A DNA stretch of 64,000 nt from Candidatus Gastranaerophilales bacterium (lineage in GTDB: Bacteria > Cyanobacteriota > Vampirovibrionia > Gastranaerophilales > Gastranaerophilaceae), in the NCBI GenBank assembly GCA_944325155.1, contig CALUYY010000003.1, forward strand, positions 90,257 through 154,256. The letters run 5' to 3'. Below, piece after piece: positions 38,943-48,550 of the stretch. The translations under genes were made by a program, and so were the position numbers. The notes under the pieces were generated by a model. The model saw only the letters and a program-made list of their open reading frames with translations, was not told the DNA's origin and made no database searches. The stretch's first letter is position 1; each line of letters starts with the position of its first letter.

Positions 38943-39983
38943 ATTTATTATCTTTTCTAACTCAAATTCGGCTTTAATTGAAACGGCATAAATTTTTTCA
39001 ATATTGTCAAATTTTAAAAGCTTAACCGTATCTTTTTCGGTTGTTAAAAGAATATCCGCATTTAATTTATTTAATTCGTTATTCAAAAAATCTATCGTGC
39101 TTTGGTCATAATTAAAATGATCATCAAATGCAAAAGTTTTTATAACGTTAAATTTTTCATTTAATGAATTAAAAAATTGTCCGCCCTGCCCGATACCGGA
39201 AAATGCTATTACATTTTTCTTATCCGCAAATACCGTTTCATTTGTTTTAATATTATAAATTTTATCCTGTTTAATAACACATCTTACATAAGGCATTTTA
39301 AGATTTTCAATAAATTTTTTAAGGTTTTTATTTTCATCATCATTTTTATTTACAACCATTACCCTGTCTGCTCTTTTTATTTCATAAACAGGCTCTCTTA
39401 AAGGACCAAACGGCAGTACAAAACCGTTTCCGAACATTTTTTTTGAATCGATAAGAATAATATTTAAATCTTTATATATTTTTCTGTTTGAAAAACCGTC
39501 ATCCATAATTAAAATCTCGGCACCCAATTTTTCTTTTGCAAATTCGGCACCCTTTATTCTGTTTGAAGTTGTAATCACCGCCGCACCTTCAACTTTTTTT
39601 GCAATTAAATTAACTTCATCACCCGATAAATAAGGATCGTCAATCAAAATTTCATTATAGTCTTTTATTAAATTAACGTTTTTATTATCAAGTTTTCCCT
39701 TGTATCCTCTTGATAAAACGGCCGTTTTTATGCCTTTATCCGCAAAATAATTTGCAATTTCAATCACAACGGGCGTTTTCCCGACACCTCCCGTTGTAAG
39801 GTTTCCCACACAGATAACTTTAATGTCCGTCTTTTTTTCTTTTAAGATTTTTAACTCATACAGAAAATTTTTTATTGATATGGCAATAAAATAAAAAATT
39901 GAAGGAATTATAAAAGCAAAAGCAAAAAATATTGAAAATTTGCCGTAGTGAAAATCGGTTATTTTTTTACTTAAATCTTTCAT
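38940..39983 (-). CDS. lpxK: tetraacyldisaccharide 4-prime-kinase
   Basis: 347 aa. N-terminal membrane helix and P-loop VGNLTTGGVGKTPVV. Confidence 0.9.
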   Translation of the reverse strand: MKDLSKKITDFHYGKFSIFFAFAFIIPSIFYFIAISIKNFLYELKILKEKKTDIKVICVGNLTTGGVGKTPVVIEIANYFADKGIKTAVLSRGYKGKLDNKNVNLIKDYNEILIDDPYLSGDEVNLIAKKVEGAAVITTSNRIKGAEFAKEKLGAEILIMDDGFSNRKIYKDLNIILIDSKKMFGNGFVLPFGPLREPVYEIKRADRVMVVNKNDDENKNLKKFIENLKMPYVRCVIKQDKIYNIKTNETVFADKKNVIAFSGIGQGGQFFNSLNEKFNVIKTFAFDDHFNYDQSTIDFLNNELNKLNADILLTTEKDTVKLLKFDNIEKIYAVSIKAEFELEKIIN

Positions 39984-39992
39984 TTTTTATTT

Positions 39993-41357
39993 CTAGAACA
40001 TAAGCCTGAACAGTAAAAATCTTTTATTTAATTTTTCCGAAAATTTTCTTAGATTTCTTGTTGTAACAACGGCATCCGCCACAGCATTATTAACGCTTAA
40101 TTCTTCGTCTTTGGACATTTTATTTGCGTTTTTAAGGTTTTCATTTACCTCTTTAATTGCATTATTCATGCCCTGTATTGTTTCTTTAAGGTTGGTTTTT
40201 AACTGTTCATCGCCCGCAAATTCATTTACATAACAGGAAATGTCGGCAAGGTTTCTTGAAATTTCCGCTAAATCATCAATCATCTCTGCAGTCTCGGGGT
40301 TTTCCATAACTTTATTTACGTTATCCGCCAATCTTCCGACCGATTTAATCGTTGAATATAAGCTTTTTTTGGCTTCTTTGTCGCCGACAACGTCATTTAA
40401 ATTATCTGATAACACGGCAAGTTTTTTGGTTAAAATATCCGTTTGTTTTAAAATAACGGCAATTTCATCTTTTGAAGAATCCAAAAGCGCATTTGCTTTA
40501 TCAATCGTTGTTGTTGCTTTTTTGGTCAATTCATTGACGTTGTTAACGGATTCTCTTATATCTTCAACAAGCTCATCCGATAAAATTTCCATAACTCTGT
40601 CATTCATGCTTGCAAGAGAATGTGCGGCTCTGTATTGAAGTTCCAAAAAGTCGCTTATTCTCATAGGCTCAATAACCGTATAAGGAGAATTAACCGACGG
40701 AAGCTCAAGTTTATCTCCGTTTTTGAGTTTAAAATTTAATTCGGAATTAACAATCTCGGCCGTTAAATTTTCATTATCGAGAATAAGCCCCGGCATATCT
40801 ATAATATACCCGATTTTTAGGGTATTTTGGGTTTTAAATTTCGTTCTGTATTCCAAAGGCGCCGAATTAGTCGGAATGACGACAGCATGGTCAACTTTTC
40901 CTATTCTTTCTTTTTTATCGGATAAAGTCATATAAATATCTTGCTCATCTTTTAAATTGGTATAGCTTTTATCGGTTTCAACATAAATATAATTAACCTT
41001 AGGGGGCATAACTTCCAAAAATTGCTCACCGATTAAACCCGACTGCTGAATTGAAATTGTTGAGGCTTTAGGAATTTTAACGTCATTTTCCGTTATAACA
41101 AACTTGATTTTAACATGGCTGTCTTTTCCGTCTATAACAGGGATAATTTCTTCAATTTGTCCGATTCGAAGCCCCATCATCTGAACGCCGGAACCCGCAC
41201 GGATACCGTTAACATCATGAAAAACAACTTCAATTCTCTCTCCCGTCGATAAACTTCTTCCTTTTATCCAAAGAACGGTAAAAATAAGAATTATAAGAGC
41301 GGTAATTGTCAAAATACCGACCTTTAAAGATGAAGAAACTTTTCTGTTTGATGCCAT
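39993..41357 (-). CDS. mlaD: MlaD/MCE-family protein with long C-terminal helical extension (454 aa)
   Basis: N-terminal TM (KVGILTITALIILIFTVLWI). MCE domain (VVFHDVNGIRAGSGVQMMGLRIGQIEEI ... SGLIGEQFLEV). About 200 aa of heptad-like helical sequence follows. Confidence 0.8.
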   Translation of the reverse strand: MASNRKVSSSLKVGILTITALIILIFTVLWIKGRSLSTGERIEVVFHDVNGIRAGSGVQMMGLRIGQIEEIIPVIDGKDSHVKIKFVITENDVKIPKASTISIQQSGLIGEQFLEVMPPKVNYIYVETDKSYTNLKDEQDIYMTLSDKKERIGKVDHAVVIPTNSAPLEYRTKFKTQNTLKIGYIIDMPGLILDNENLTAEIVNSELNFKLKNGDKLELPSVNSPYTVIEPMRISDFLELQYRAAHSLASMNDRVMEILSDELVEDIRESVNNVNELTKKATTTIDKANALLDSSKDEIAVILKQTDILTKKLAVLSDNLNDVVGDKEAKKSLYSTIKSVGRLADNVNKVMENPETAEMIDDLAEISRNLADISCYVNEFAGDEQLKTNLKETIQGMNNAIKEVNENLKNANKMSKDEELSVNNAVADAVVTTRNLRKFSEKLNKRFLLFRLMF

Positions 41358-41402
41358 TTATGTAAAATCTCTCTATTTTAAACTAATTATACAATAAAAT
41401 TA

Positions 41403-42131
41403 TTATATTGCGGTTTTTATTTCCATAGGTCCTTCCAAAGAAGCATTTATGAATTGGTTCGTATAAGGATTATCCCCTTTTAAAAATTCATAAACGCTGC
41501 CCCTGAATACTATCTTTCCTTCATATAACAAAATTACATTGTCGCATGCCCTTCTTATCGTTGACATCTGGTGCGTTACAACAATGCATGAAGCATTCAG
41601 TTCATTTTTGAGCCTTACGATATAATCTTCAATTAATGTGGAGCTCACAGGGTCCAGGCCTGCCGTAGGTTCATCGTATAAAATAATTTTAGGGTTGGTA
41701 ACAATTGCGCGCGCAAACCCGACCCTTTTTTGCATGCCGCCCGATAATTCGGAAGGAAATTTTTCTTCAATCCCCTCCAGCCCTACCATTGCAAGCTTTT
41801 GTTTTACGATTTCTTTTATCTGGTTTTTGGAATATTTTCCTCTGAATTCTTTTCTCTCGAGTATGGGAAATGCAATATTATGATAAACATCCAAAAAATC
41901 AAATAAGGCCGAATACTGAAAAGTCATTGCAATATCTGAATTTTTGGTGGTTTCAATTGTTCCTTCATCTGCATATAAAAGTTTTGAAATTATTTTTAAA
42001 AGAGTGCTTTTGCCTGACCCCGAAAAACCGACAACACCCAATGTTTCGCCGTCTTTAACTTCAAAGGTTACTTTATCCAAAACTTTTTTATCATCAAATG
42101 TTTTAACCAGATTTTTAACAATTATGCTCAT
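41403..42131 (-). CDS. mlaF: ABC transporter ATP-binding protein, MlaF-type
   Basis: 242 aa. Walker A GFSGSGKST, signature LSGGMQKRVGFARA, Walker B ILYDEPTAGLD. Confidence 0.85.
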   Translation of the reverse strand: MSIIVKNLVKTFDDKKVLDKVTFEVKDGETLGVVGFSGSGKSTLLKIISKLLYADEGTIETTKNSDIAMTFQYSALFDFLDVYHNIAFPILERKEFRGKYSKNQIKEIVKQKLAMVGLEGIEEKFPSELSGGMQKRVGFARAIVTNPKIILYDEPTAGLDPVSSTLIEDYIVRLKNELNASCIVVTHQMSTIRRACDNVILLYEGKIVFRGSVYEFLKGDNPYTNQFINASLEGPMEIKTAI

Positions 42132-42140
42132 AATCTCACC

Positions 42141-42938
42141 CTAAAGATAAAATATTACCGCAAAAATATAATCCCAAACGGCAATTGCAAGAAAGCTCCA
42201 AACGACCGCCCTTGTTGTTGCGATACCGACTTCTTTTGCGCCGCCACGGGTAGAATATCCGCAGGAGCAGCTGATAAGGGCAATTGTTCCGCCAAAAAAC
42301 GAGGCTTTAAGCATCGCAATAAAAATGTCTCTTATATAAAGCCCCTGCCATAAAGAATTTATATAATTAAGCGGGCTTAAATTTGCCGAAATATGTGAAA
42401 TCACCCCTGCGCATAAAAGCCCCGTAAAAGAAGACAATATAAAAACAAAAGGCATCATAATAACACCGGCTAAAAACCTCGGCACAACAAGATATTCAAT
42501 CGGATTAACCTTTAAAACCCTCATGGCGTTTATCTGTTCTCCGACAGCCATTGAAGCAAGTTCGGACGCAAAGGAAGAGCCTATCATTGAAATTATTGCA
42601 AATCCTGCCATAATGCAGGCCAATTCTCTTACCATAACAAGAGAAGATAACATTCCTATATATCCTTCCGCCCCCTGCTTTGCAAGCTCGGGCGCAATTT
42701 GCATTGCAATAATAACCGATGTCATGCCGACAATGGTTAAAGTAATGGGGAGGCTGTCGACCGCAAACCTTGAAGACTGCTCAATAGTTGCTTTTAAATT
42801 AATTCTTAATCTTAAAATATAATATAAAACTTTGGTAAAATCTTTTCCGACATTGCCTAAGGTAATAAGAAAGCTTTTTATGCTTTTTAGAAAAATTTTT
42901 AATATTGAATATGTTAATGTTGTTTTTACATCAATCAT
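42141..42938 (-). CDS. mlaE: ABC transporter permease, MlaE-type
   Basis: 265 aa. MlaE-like core SLVMVRELACIMAGFAIISMIGSSFASELASMAVGEQINAMRVLKVNPIEYLVVPRF. Confidence 0.85.
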   Translation of the reverse strand: MIDVKTTLTYSILKIFLKSIKSFLITLGNVGKDFTKVLYYILRLRINLKATIEQSSRFAVDSLPITLTIVGMTSVIIAMQIAPELAKQGAEGYIGMLSSLVMVRELACIMAGFAIISMIGSSFASELASMAVGEQINAMRVLKVNPIEYLVVPRFLAGVIMMPFVFILSSFTGLLCAGVISHISANLSPLNYINSLWQGLYIRDIFIAMLKASFFGGTIALISCSCGYSTRGGAKEVGIATTRAVVWSFLAIAVWDYIFAVIFYL

Positions 42939-42977
42939 AAAAGCTATATTAACAAAGATATTAAAAAAAGTACATTA

Positions 42978-43847
42978 TTATAAAACGGTCAATTTTAAAC
43001 TCTGCGTTTTATATCTTATAAATAAATATTTACCTTTTTTTTCAATAATATAATTTTCTTTTATGTCGTTATTTTCTTTTATAAGCTCGCTGTGGCATAT
43101 TTTTCTGTATATTCCTTTATATTTGATTAAAGGATAGCAAAAAGGTCTCAGCCCCCTTATTTTATTATGAAGCTGAATTGCAGGTTCAATTTTGGGGTCG
43201 ATTATTCTTAAATCGGCTTCGTATCTGTCGTATGTAGCCTTTGATTCATCCTGTTTAACGGGAATAATAACGTTTTTCTCCAAATCGTTCAATAACTGCC
43301 CGACCATAACTTCCGCCACCTTGCAGGTTTTTGTTTTTAAGGTTCCCCCTGTCATAAAAGGTTCAATATCAAACGCCCCCTGCATTAAAATTTCACCCGT
43401 GTCAAACCCTTCATCCATAAAATGAAAAGTAACACCCGCTTTATCGTCATTTGAATATATCTGCCAAAAATAAGGGTTTGCGCCCCTGTGCCTGGGCAAA
43501 AGCGAAGGATGGCAGTTTATTGTTCCGAATTTCGGAAGCTCGATTGTTTCAATTGAAAATTTTTCGCTCCATGACCCGACCAGAATTAAATCCGCTTTTG
43601 AATTTATGATGAAATCTCTGAATTTTTTTGAATTAACGCTTGTTGCTTTAATTTCTTTTATTTTTTTACTTTTTAAATAGCTTAAATCTTTTGAAGGCGC
43701 AAAAATATCTTTAAAAAACAGGGTAAAAGGATTATACCTTACCCTGTCCGTTCTTATTACGCCCAAAACTTCATGCCCGTTATCGATAACGCCGTTTATA
43801 AGCGCCGCAAGCATTTTATCATAGCCTGCAATGATAACTTTAAGCAT
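42978..43847 (-). CDS. formyltransferase-family protein (Fmt/ArnA-N-like)
   Basis: 289 aa. Catalytic motifs INCHPSLLPRHRGANP and MDEGFDTGEIL. The N-terminus lacks the usual Fmt GTPxFA motif. Confidence 0.7.
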   Translation of the reverse strand: MLKVIIAGYDKMLAALINGVIDNGHEVLGVIRTDRVRYNPFTLFFKDIFAPSKDLSYLKSKKIKEIKATSVNSKKFRDFIINSKADLILVGSWSEKFSIETIELPKFGTINCHPSLLPRHRGANPYFWQIYSNDDKAGVTFHFMDEGFDTGEILMQGAFDIEPFMTGGTLKTKTCKVAEVMVGQLLNDLEKNVIIPVKQDESKATYDRYEADLRIIDPKIEPAIQLHNKIRGLRPFCYPLIKYKGIYRKICHSELIKENNDIKENYIIEKKGKYLFIRYKTQSLKLTVL

Positions 43848-43852
43848 TGTTT

Positions 43853-45010
43853 TTAAGCCTCTTGGTTTATTTCTTCTTTTGTATCGGAATCATTTTCCGT
43901 TTGTTCAATTTCATCATCCGGATTTGATTCCTGTTTATAATTATTTTCCATCTGTGCTGCCTGAGATTCCGATTTAATATCAATCTTCCAGCCCGTTAAT
44001 CTGTGGGCAAGCCTTACGTTTTGACCTTCACGACCGATTGCAAGCGATAATTGATCATCGGGAACTATAACAAACGCTTCTTTTCTGTTTTCTTCATCCG
44101 CTAAAATATCAACGGAAATTATTCTTGCGGGAGAAAGAGCGTTTACTATATATTCAACGGGATCCTCAGAATATCTTACGATATCGATTTTTTCATTTTT
44201 TAATTCGCCGACAATTGTCTGAATTCTTGAACCTCTCGGACCTATGCAGGCGCCGACCGAATCGACCGACGGGTCATTGGACCAGACGGCAAGTTTTGTT
44301 CTGTATCCGGCTTCTCTTGCAATTGATTTAATTTCGACAATGCCGTCTTCAATTTCAGGCACCTCAAGTTCAAATAATTCTCTTACAATTTCGGGGTGAG
44401 CCTGTGAAACTATAACCTGCGGAAGTCTTGTCGTTTCTTTAACGTTAAGAACAAAAACCCTTATTCTGTTTCCGGGTTTATAATATTCGCCGGGCAGCTG
44501 TTCCTTGGAAGGCATTATGGCGTCTGTTTTTCCTATGTTTACTATAACGTTTCTGTCATCCCGCCTTTGGATTATACCCGTTATAAGAGTTCCTTTTTTG
44601 CTCATAAATTCATCCAGTACAAGTTTTCTTTCAGCTTCTCTTATTCTTTGGGTTATAACCTGTTTAGCCGATTGAGCGGCAATTCTTCCGAAATCTTCCG
44701 GTGTTACTTCGATTTTTACTTCATCTTCAAGCTCAACTTCATCGTCTATTTCTTTTGCATCTTCAAGAGAAATCTGGGTATCTGGGTCTTCAACGTTTTC
44801 AACAACGAGTTTTGTTCTAAACACGCCGATTTCGCCAGATTCTTCGTCTAAAATCGCTTCAACGTTATCGGCTTCTTTATCTTTAATGTGTTTTTTATAT
44901 CCCGCAACCAAAGCATCGCACAAAGACGAAACCAAAACATCTTTTGAAATGCCTTTTTCTCTTTCCAATTGTTCTGCCGCTTCAAAAAGCGCGGTTCCGA
45001 TTTTAATCAT
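43853..45010 (-). CDS. nusA: transcription termination/antitermination factor NusA
   Basis: 385 aa. N-terminal domain, S1 domain (ITGIIQRRDDRNVIVNIG), two KH domains (GACIGPRGSRIQ, LAIGREGQNVRLA), acidic tail. Confidence 0.93.
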   Translation of the reverse strand: MIKIGTALFEAAEQLEREKGISKDVLVSSLCDALVAGYKKHIKDKEADNVEAILDEESGEIGVFRTKLVVENVEDPDTQISLEDAKEIDDEVELEDEVKIEVTPEDFGRIAAQSAKQVITQRIREAERKLVLDEFMSKKGTLITGIIQRRDDRNVIVNIGKTDAIMPSKEQLPGEYYKPGNRIRVFVLNVKETTRLPQVIVSQAHPEIVRELFELEVPEIEDGIVEIKSIAREAGYRTKLAVWSNDPSVDSVGACIGPRGSRIQTIVGELKNEKIDIVRYSEDPVEYIVNALSPARIISVDILADEENRKEAFVIVPDDQLSLAIGREGQNVRLAHRLTGWKIDIKSESQAAQMENNYKQESNPDDEIEQTENDSDTKEEINQEA

Positions 45011-45020
45011 CTTTTATCTC

Positions 45021-45512
45021 CTATAATTCTTCAATGTCATTTAATTTGACGGAAAAAAGATTATCCGTTTCTATATCATATTCCCTTCCCGTCTCGTGCG
45101 CCAAAACTCTAAGACCGTATGCATCGTTATAATCAACGATTTCGCCCTTAAAAGTTTTTGCTAAATCAATATCAAGGGGGTTTTTAACTTTAACTATGAC
45201 CTTATGCCCTTTAAATATTAAATATTCTCTTTTGGATTTTAATTTTTTATCCAGTCCGGGCGATGAAACTTCCAGATAATATTTAAAAGGAATAATTTCA
45301 TCAAGCAAATCGCCCAAACTTCTTGAAATGTTTTCGCAATCCTGGTGATTGACGGGATGTTCAACACAATAAATAAAAATCCTCAAAAACCATTTTCCGT
45401 TTTCTTTATCAAGCGCAATTTCAAGCGGTATAAGATTATACCTCATTGCCGTGTTTTCAATAACGGGCGTTATTTTTTCGATTATTTCTCTTTTGCTTAT
45501 ATGTTCTTTCAT
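45021..45512 (-). CDS. rimP: ribosome maturation factor RimP
   Basis: 163 aa. LEVSSPGLDKKLK motif. Lies immediately upstream of nusA. Confidence 0.88.
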   Translation of the reverse strand: MKEHISKREIIEKITPVIENTAMRYNLIPLEIALDKENGKWFLRIFIYCVEHPVNHQDCENISRSLGDLLDEIIPFKYYLEVSSPGLDKKLKSKREYLIFKGHKVIVKVKNPLDIDLAKTFKGEIVDYNDAYGLRVLAHETGREYDIETDNLFSVKLNDIEEL

Positions 45513-45655
45513 TATTCTTCTTTTTTTGAAAAAAAAGAACGGTTTGAATGTTACCGCTCTTTTGTTTGTATTGCGATTAAATTTTTAGCCAAAATCCTGA
45601 CTAAAAAAAGTATATCATAAAAAATCTTTTATCCGCAATAATATATAAAGAATAA

Positions 45656-46435
45656 TTAAATAAAATCAACAACAACAATCTCGGGCGCACAATTAAATCT
45701 TAAATGGAAAATACTTGTGCCCAAACCCTTTGTTACATACATTTTATTTTCAATCAAACCCGATTCATATTTTTTACCGTATTTGGAAGGAACAATAAGC
45801 GCTCCGAAAAAAGGAATTCTGAATTGCCCGCCGTGGGTGTGGCCGGAGAATATAAATTCAACTTTATCTTTAACTTCAGGCATAATATCGGGCGAATGAG
45901 AAACGAATAATACGGGATATTTTGCATTATTCAAAGCCTTAGAGGCATCATAATATGTTGTCTGCATATCCGAAACGCCCGCAATTGAAATTTTCTGCCC
46001 CGCTATATCAAGGTCATAAGAACTGTTTTCAAGAATTTTTATTCCTTTTTCTTTTAATTTATTTTTTATAAAATCGCTTTCCCTGTTATAGTCATGGTTT
46101 CCAAGAACCGAATAAACTCCGTATTTGGATTTAATCAAAGAAAAATTATCTGCAATTTTATTCATATCCATTGAAACTTTAATGTTGTGCAAAACCGCAT
46201 AATCTCCGCCCAAAAGAACAATATCGGGGTTTTGATTATTAACTTTATTTATAATTCTTTTAATTCTTAAAAACGCAAATTTTGAAAAATGAAAATCGGA
46301 CAAAAAAACAACTCTTACATTTTTAATTTTATCGGATTCAACGTTTATTTTTTTAACCAGAATCAAATTCGGCTCTATTAAAAAAATATACAGAGCAAAA
46401 AATAAAAGTATGCAAATTGAAAAAGTTTTAAACAT
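45656..46435 (-). CDS. membrane-anchored metallophosphoesterase
   Basis: 259 aa. N-terminal TM helix. Calcineurin-like motifs SDFHF, GGDY, GNHD and GHTHGGQ. Confidence 0.85.
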   Translation of the reverse strand: MFKTFSICILLFFALYIFLIEPNLILVKKINVESDKIKNVRVVFLSDFHFSKFAFLRIKRIINKVNNQNPDIVLLGGDYAVLHNIKVSMDMNKIADNFSLIKSKYGVYSVLGNHDYNRESDFIKNKLKEKGIKILENSSYDLDIAGQKISIAGVSDMQTTYYDASKALNNAKYPVLFVSHSPDIMPEVKDKVEFIFSGHTHGGQFRIPFFGALIVPSKYGKKYESGLIENKMYVTKGLGTSIFHLRFNCAPEIVVVDFI

Positions 46436-46459
46436 AATAAATAAGTTTACAATAAAATT

Positions 46460-46488
46460 TTGAAAATATGACCCTTTAAGGGTATACT
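46460..46488 (+). promoter_or_regulatory. candidate rfbC-rfbD promoter
   Basis: TTGAAA (46460..46465), 17-nt spacer containing the inverted repeat ACCCTT-T-AAGGGT, TATACT (46483..46488). Confidence 0.45.
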
Positions 46489-46515
46489 TTTTATATTGGA
46501 TTATGGAGTTTTTTC

Positions 46516-47073
46516 ATGCCTTTTGAATTTATTGAAACCGAAATTAAAGATGTTATTCTTGTTAAACCGAAAGTCTTTGGCGACAGCAGGGGTTTTTTCT
46601 TGGAAACGTATAAAAAAGAAGAATTTGAAAAGTTTGGAATTAAAGATGATTTTATTCAGGATAACCATTCAAAATCATCCCGTGGCGTTTTAAGAGGGCT
46701 TCATTATCAATTAAATCCGAATGCGCAAAGCAAACTTGTAAGGTGCACAAAAGGAAGAATAATTGATGTTGCGCTTGATATAAGAAAAAATTCCCCGACA
46801 TTTTTAAAATGGGTAAAAAAAGAATTAACCGAAGAAAATAAGCTTGAACTTTTTATCCCGAAAGGTTTTGCCCACGGTTTTGTTGTTTTAAGCGATGAAG
46901 CGGAAGTTATGTATAAAGTATCGGGTAAATACAGCCCTAAAGATGAAAGAAACATAATTTGGAATGATAAAGATATTAATATTGACTGGGGCATTGATTT
47001 TGAACCGAATTTAAGCGAAAAAGATAAAATTGCGCCGAAATTAAAAGACATTAAAGACGGAGATTTATTATGA
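46516..47073 (+). CDS. rfbC: dTDP-4-dehydrorhamnose 3,5-epimerase
   Basis: 185 aa. FGDSRGFFLETY, RGLHYQ and KLVRCTKGRIIDVALDIR motifs. Confidence 0.93.
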   Translation: MPFEFIETEIKDVILVKPKVFGDSRGFFLETYKKEEFEKFGIKDDFIQDNHSKSSRGVLRGLHYQLNPNAQSKLVRCTKGRIIDVALDIRKNSPTFLKWVKKELTEENKLELFIPKGFAHGFVVLSDEAEVMYKVSGKYSPKDERNIIWNDKDINIDWGIDFEPNLSEKDKIAPKLKDIKDGDLL

Positions 47074-47891
47074 AGGCACTTGTGGTCGGGGCATCGGGCA
47101 TGCTCGGGCAGGATTTATGCCCGGTTTTGGAAGATTTCGGATACGAAACAATTGAAACCGGCAGCAAAATTCTTGATATTACAAAAAAAGACGATGTTTT
47201 TGATTTTGTTGAAAATAAAAACCCCGATATAATTTTTCATCTTGCGGCATACACAAACGTTGATAAAGCCGAAATTGAAAAAGAAAAAGCAAAGCTTATA
47301 AATAAAGAAGGCACAAAAAATTTAGCCCTTATATCAAAAAAACTTGATATTCCGATTGTCTACATTTCAACCGATTATGTTTTTGACGGCGAAAAAAATT
47401 CTCCTTATCTTCCGAATGATAAAACAAATCCCGTTAATGTCTACGGCAAAACAAAACTGATGGGTGAAATTGAAATTCAAAAACATTGCGAAAAATTTTA
47501 TATAGCAAGAACAAGCTGGCTATACGGCATCCACGGAAAAAATTTCGTTGACACAATGTTAAATCTGAAAGATAAACCCCTTAAAGTTGTAAATGACCAA
47601 TGGGGAACGCCAACCTGGTGCGCCGATTTATCTTATGCGCTTGTTGAAATTTTAAATAAACCCTACGGAATTTATCATCTTTCAGGCGGCGGAAAACCGA
47701 CCACATGGTATAACTTTGCAGAAACAATTTTTGAATATGCAAATATAAATGCAAATCTTTCCCCCTGCACGACAGATGAATACCCCCGACCCGCAAAACG
47801 TCCCAAATACAGCGTTATGGACAATAATAAACTTTTAAGAAACTGGAAAACTGCGCTTAGGGAATATTTAAAATTAATTGAAATTGAATAA
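47070..47891 (+). CDS. rfbD: dTDP-4-dehydrorhamnose reductase
   Basis: 273 aa. GASGMLG Rossmann motif, STDYVFDG, YGKTK. ATGA overlap with rfbC. Confidence 0.92.
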   Translation: MKALVVGASGMLGQDLCPVLEDFGYETIETGSKILDITKKDDVFDFVENKNPDIIFHLAAYTNVDKAEIEKEKAKLINKEGTKNLALISKKLDIPIVYISTDYVFDGEKNSPYLPNDKTNPVNVYGKTKLMGEIEIQKHCEKFYIARTSWLYGIHGKNFVDTMLNLKDKPLKVVNDQWGTPTWCADLSYALVEILNKPYGIYHLSGGGKPTTWYNFAETIFEYANINANLSPCTTDEYPRPAKRPKYSVMDNNKLLRNWKTALREYLKLIEIE

Positions 47892-47897
47892 AAGCTT

Positions 47898-47932
47898 AAA
47901 AAAGCTCCTCTTATTAACAAGAGGAGCTTTTT
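47898..47932. terminator. Bidirectional terminator between convergent rfbD and the 111-aa ORF
   Basis: AAAAA-AGCTCCTCTT-ATTAAC-AAGAGGAGCT-TTTT. Confidence 0.8.
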
Positions 47933-47970
47933 ATATATTTATATGTCAAACCGGCCTTAATCAGCTAATC

Positions 47971-48306
47971 TTATTGAACGTCTTCTACAACTTCTTCAAC
48001 TGTTTGTTCAACATCGTCTTTTTTGGAAGCAAATTTAGCTTTAATAGTATCTAATTTATCTGCAGCCCAATCTTTTGCTTCGCCGGCTTTTTTTGCGATT
48101 TTTGAACCCAATTCCATATAGCCGTTTTTCGCTTTTGCTACAACTTTTTGTGCAGCATTGCCTTCAAAAGTATCTGCAACTTTACCTGTCTTAATAGCAT
48201 AAGCCAAGCTTCCGATTGCAGCCAAACCTGCAACTGCGCCTGCAACCGTTGCTGCTTTTTTAGCGGGGGTTGTTTCTTTAAAACCTTGTACCGGATTGAT
48301 TGACAT
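47971..48306 (-). CDS. small membrane-anchored protein with Lys/Ala-rich amphipathic tail (111 aa)
   Basis: AAGGAG RBS. MSINPVQGFKE N-terminus, one TM (ATVAGAVAGLAAIGSLAYAI), then a K/A/E/D-rich helical tail. YtxH/LEA-like by composition only. Confidence 0.6.
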   Translation of the reverse strand: MSINPVQGFKETTPAKKAATVAGAVAGLAAIGSLAYAIKTGKVADTFEGNAAQKVVAKAKNGYMELGSKIAKKAGEAKDWAADKLDTIKAKFASKKDDVEQTVEEVVEDVQ

Positions 48307-48463
48307 TTTTCTTTCTCCTTATTTATATTTACATCTAACAAACATTTAATGTATTTGCATATATTTTAATGAAGCTGAAGATAATTTATTGCTATCATGT
48401 TCTTCCTTTATTTACAAAAGTTTACAAAATACAAAAATCTCTTTCCTTCAACCTAACAACTTA

Positions 48464-48492
48464 ATTATAAACAAAATAAAAGTGTTTTGCAA
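48464..48492 (-). promoter_or_regulatory. near-consensus sigma70-type promoter about 150 nt upstream of the 111-aa ORF
   Basis: Minus strand: TTGCAA (48487..48492), 17-nt spacer, TATAAT (48464..48469). Sits just downstream of the terminator of the preceding gene. Confidence 0.45.
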
Positions 48493-48495
48493 TAT

Positions 48496-48533
48496 AAAAA
48501 GGGTCTTTAAAAAATTTTTTAAAGACCCTTTTT
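48496..48533 (-). terminator. Terminator of the 183-aa ORF (palindromic, usable on both strands)
   Basis: AAAAA-GGGTCTTTAAAAAATTTTTTAAAGACCC-TTTTT. Confidence 0.7.
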
Positions 48534-48550
48534 ATTTATATTTTATTTAA

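Noticed and set aside
48264-48306. MSINPVQGFKE read as a type IV prepilin-like leader (cleavage after Gly, Phe at +1).
   Set aside because: Glu is at +3, not +5. The hydrophobic segment starts ~10 residues later and is Ala/Gly-rich rather than pilin-like. No prepilin peptidase or pilus genes are nearby.
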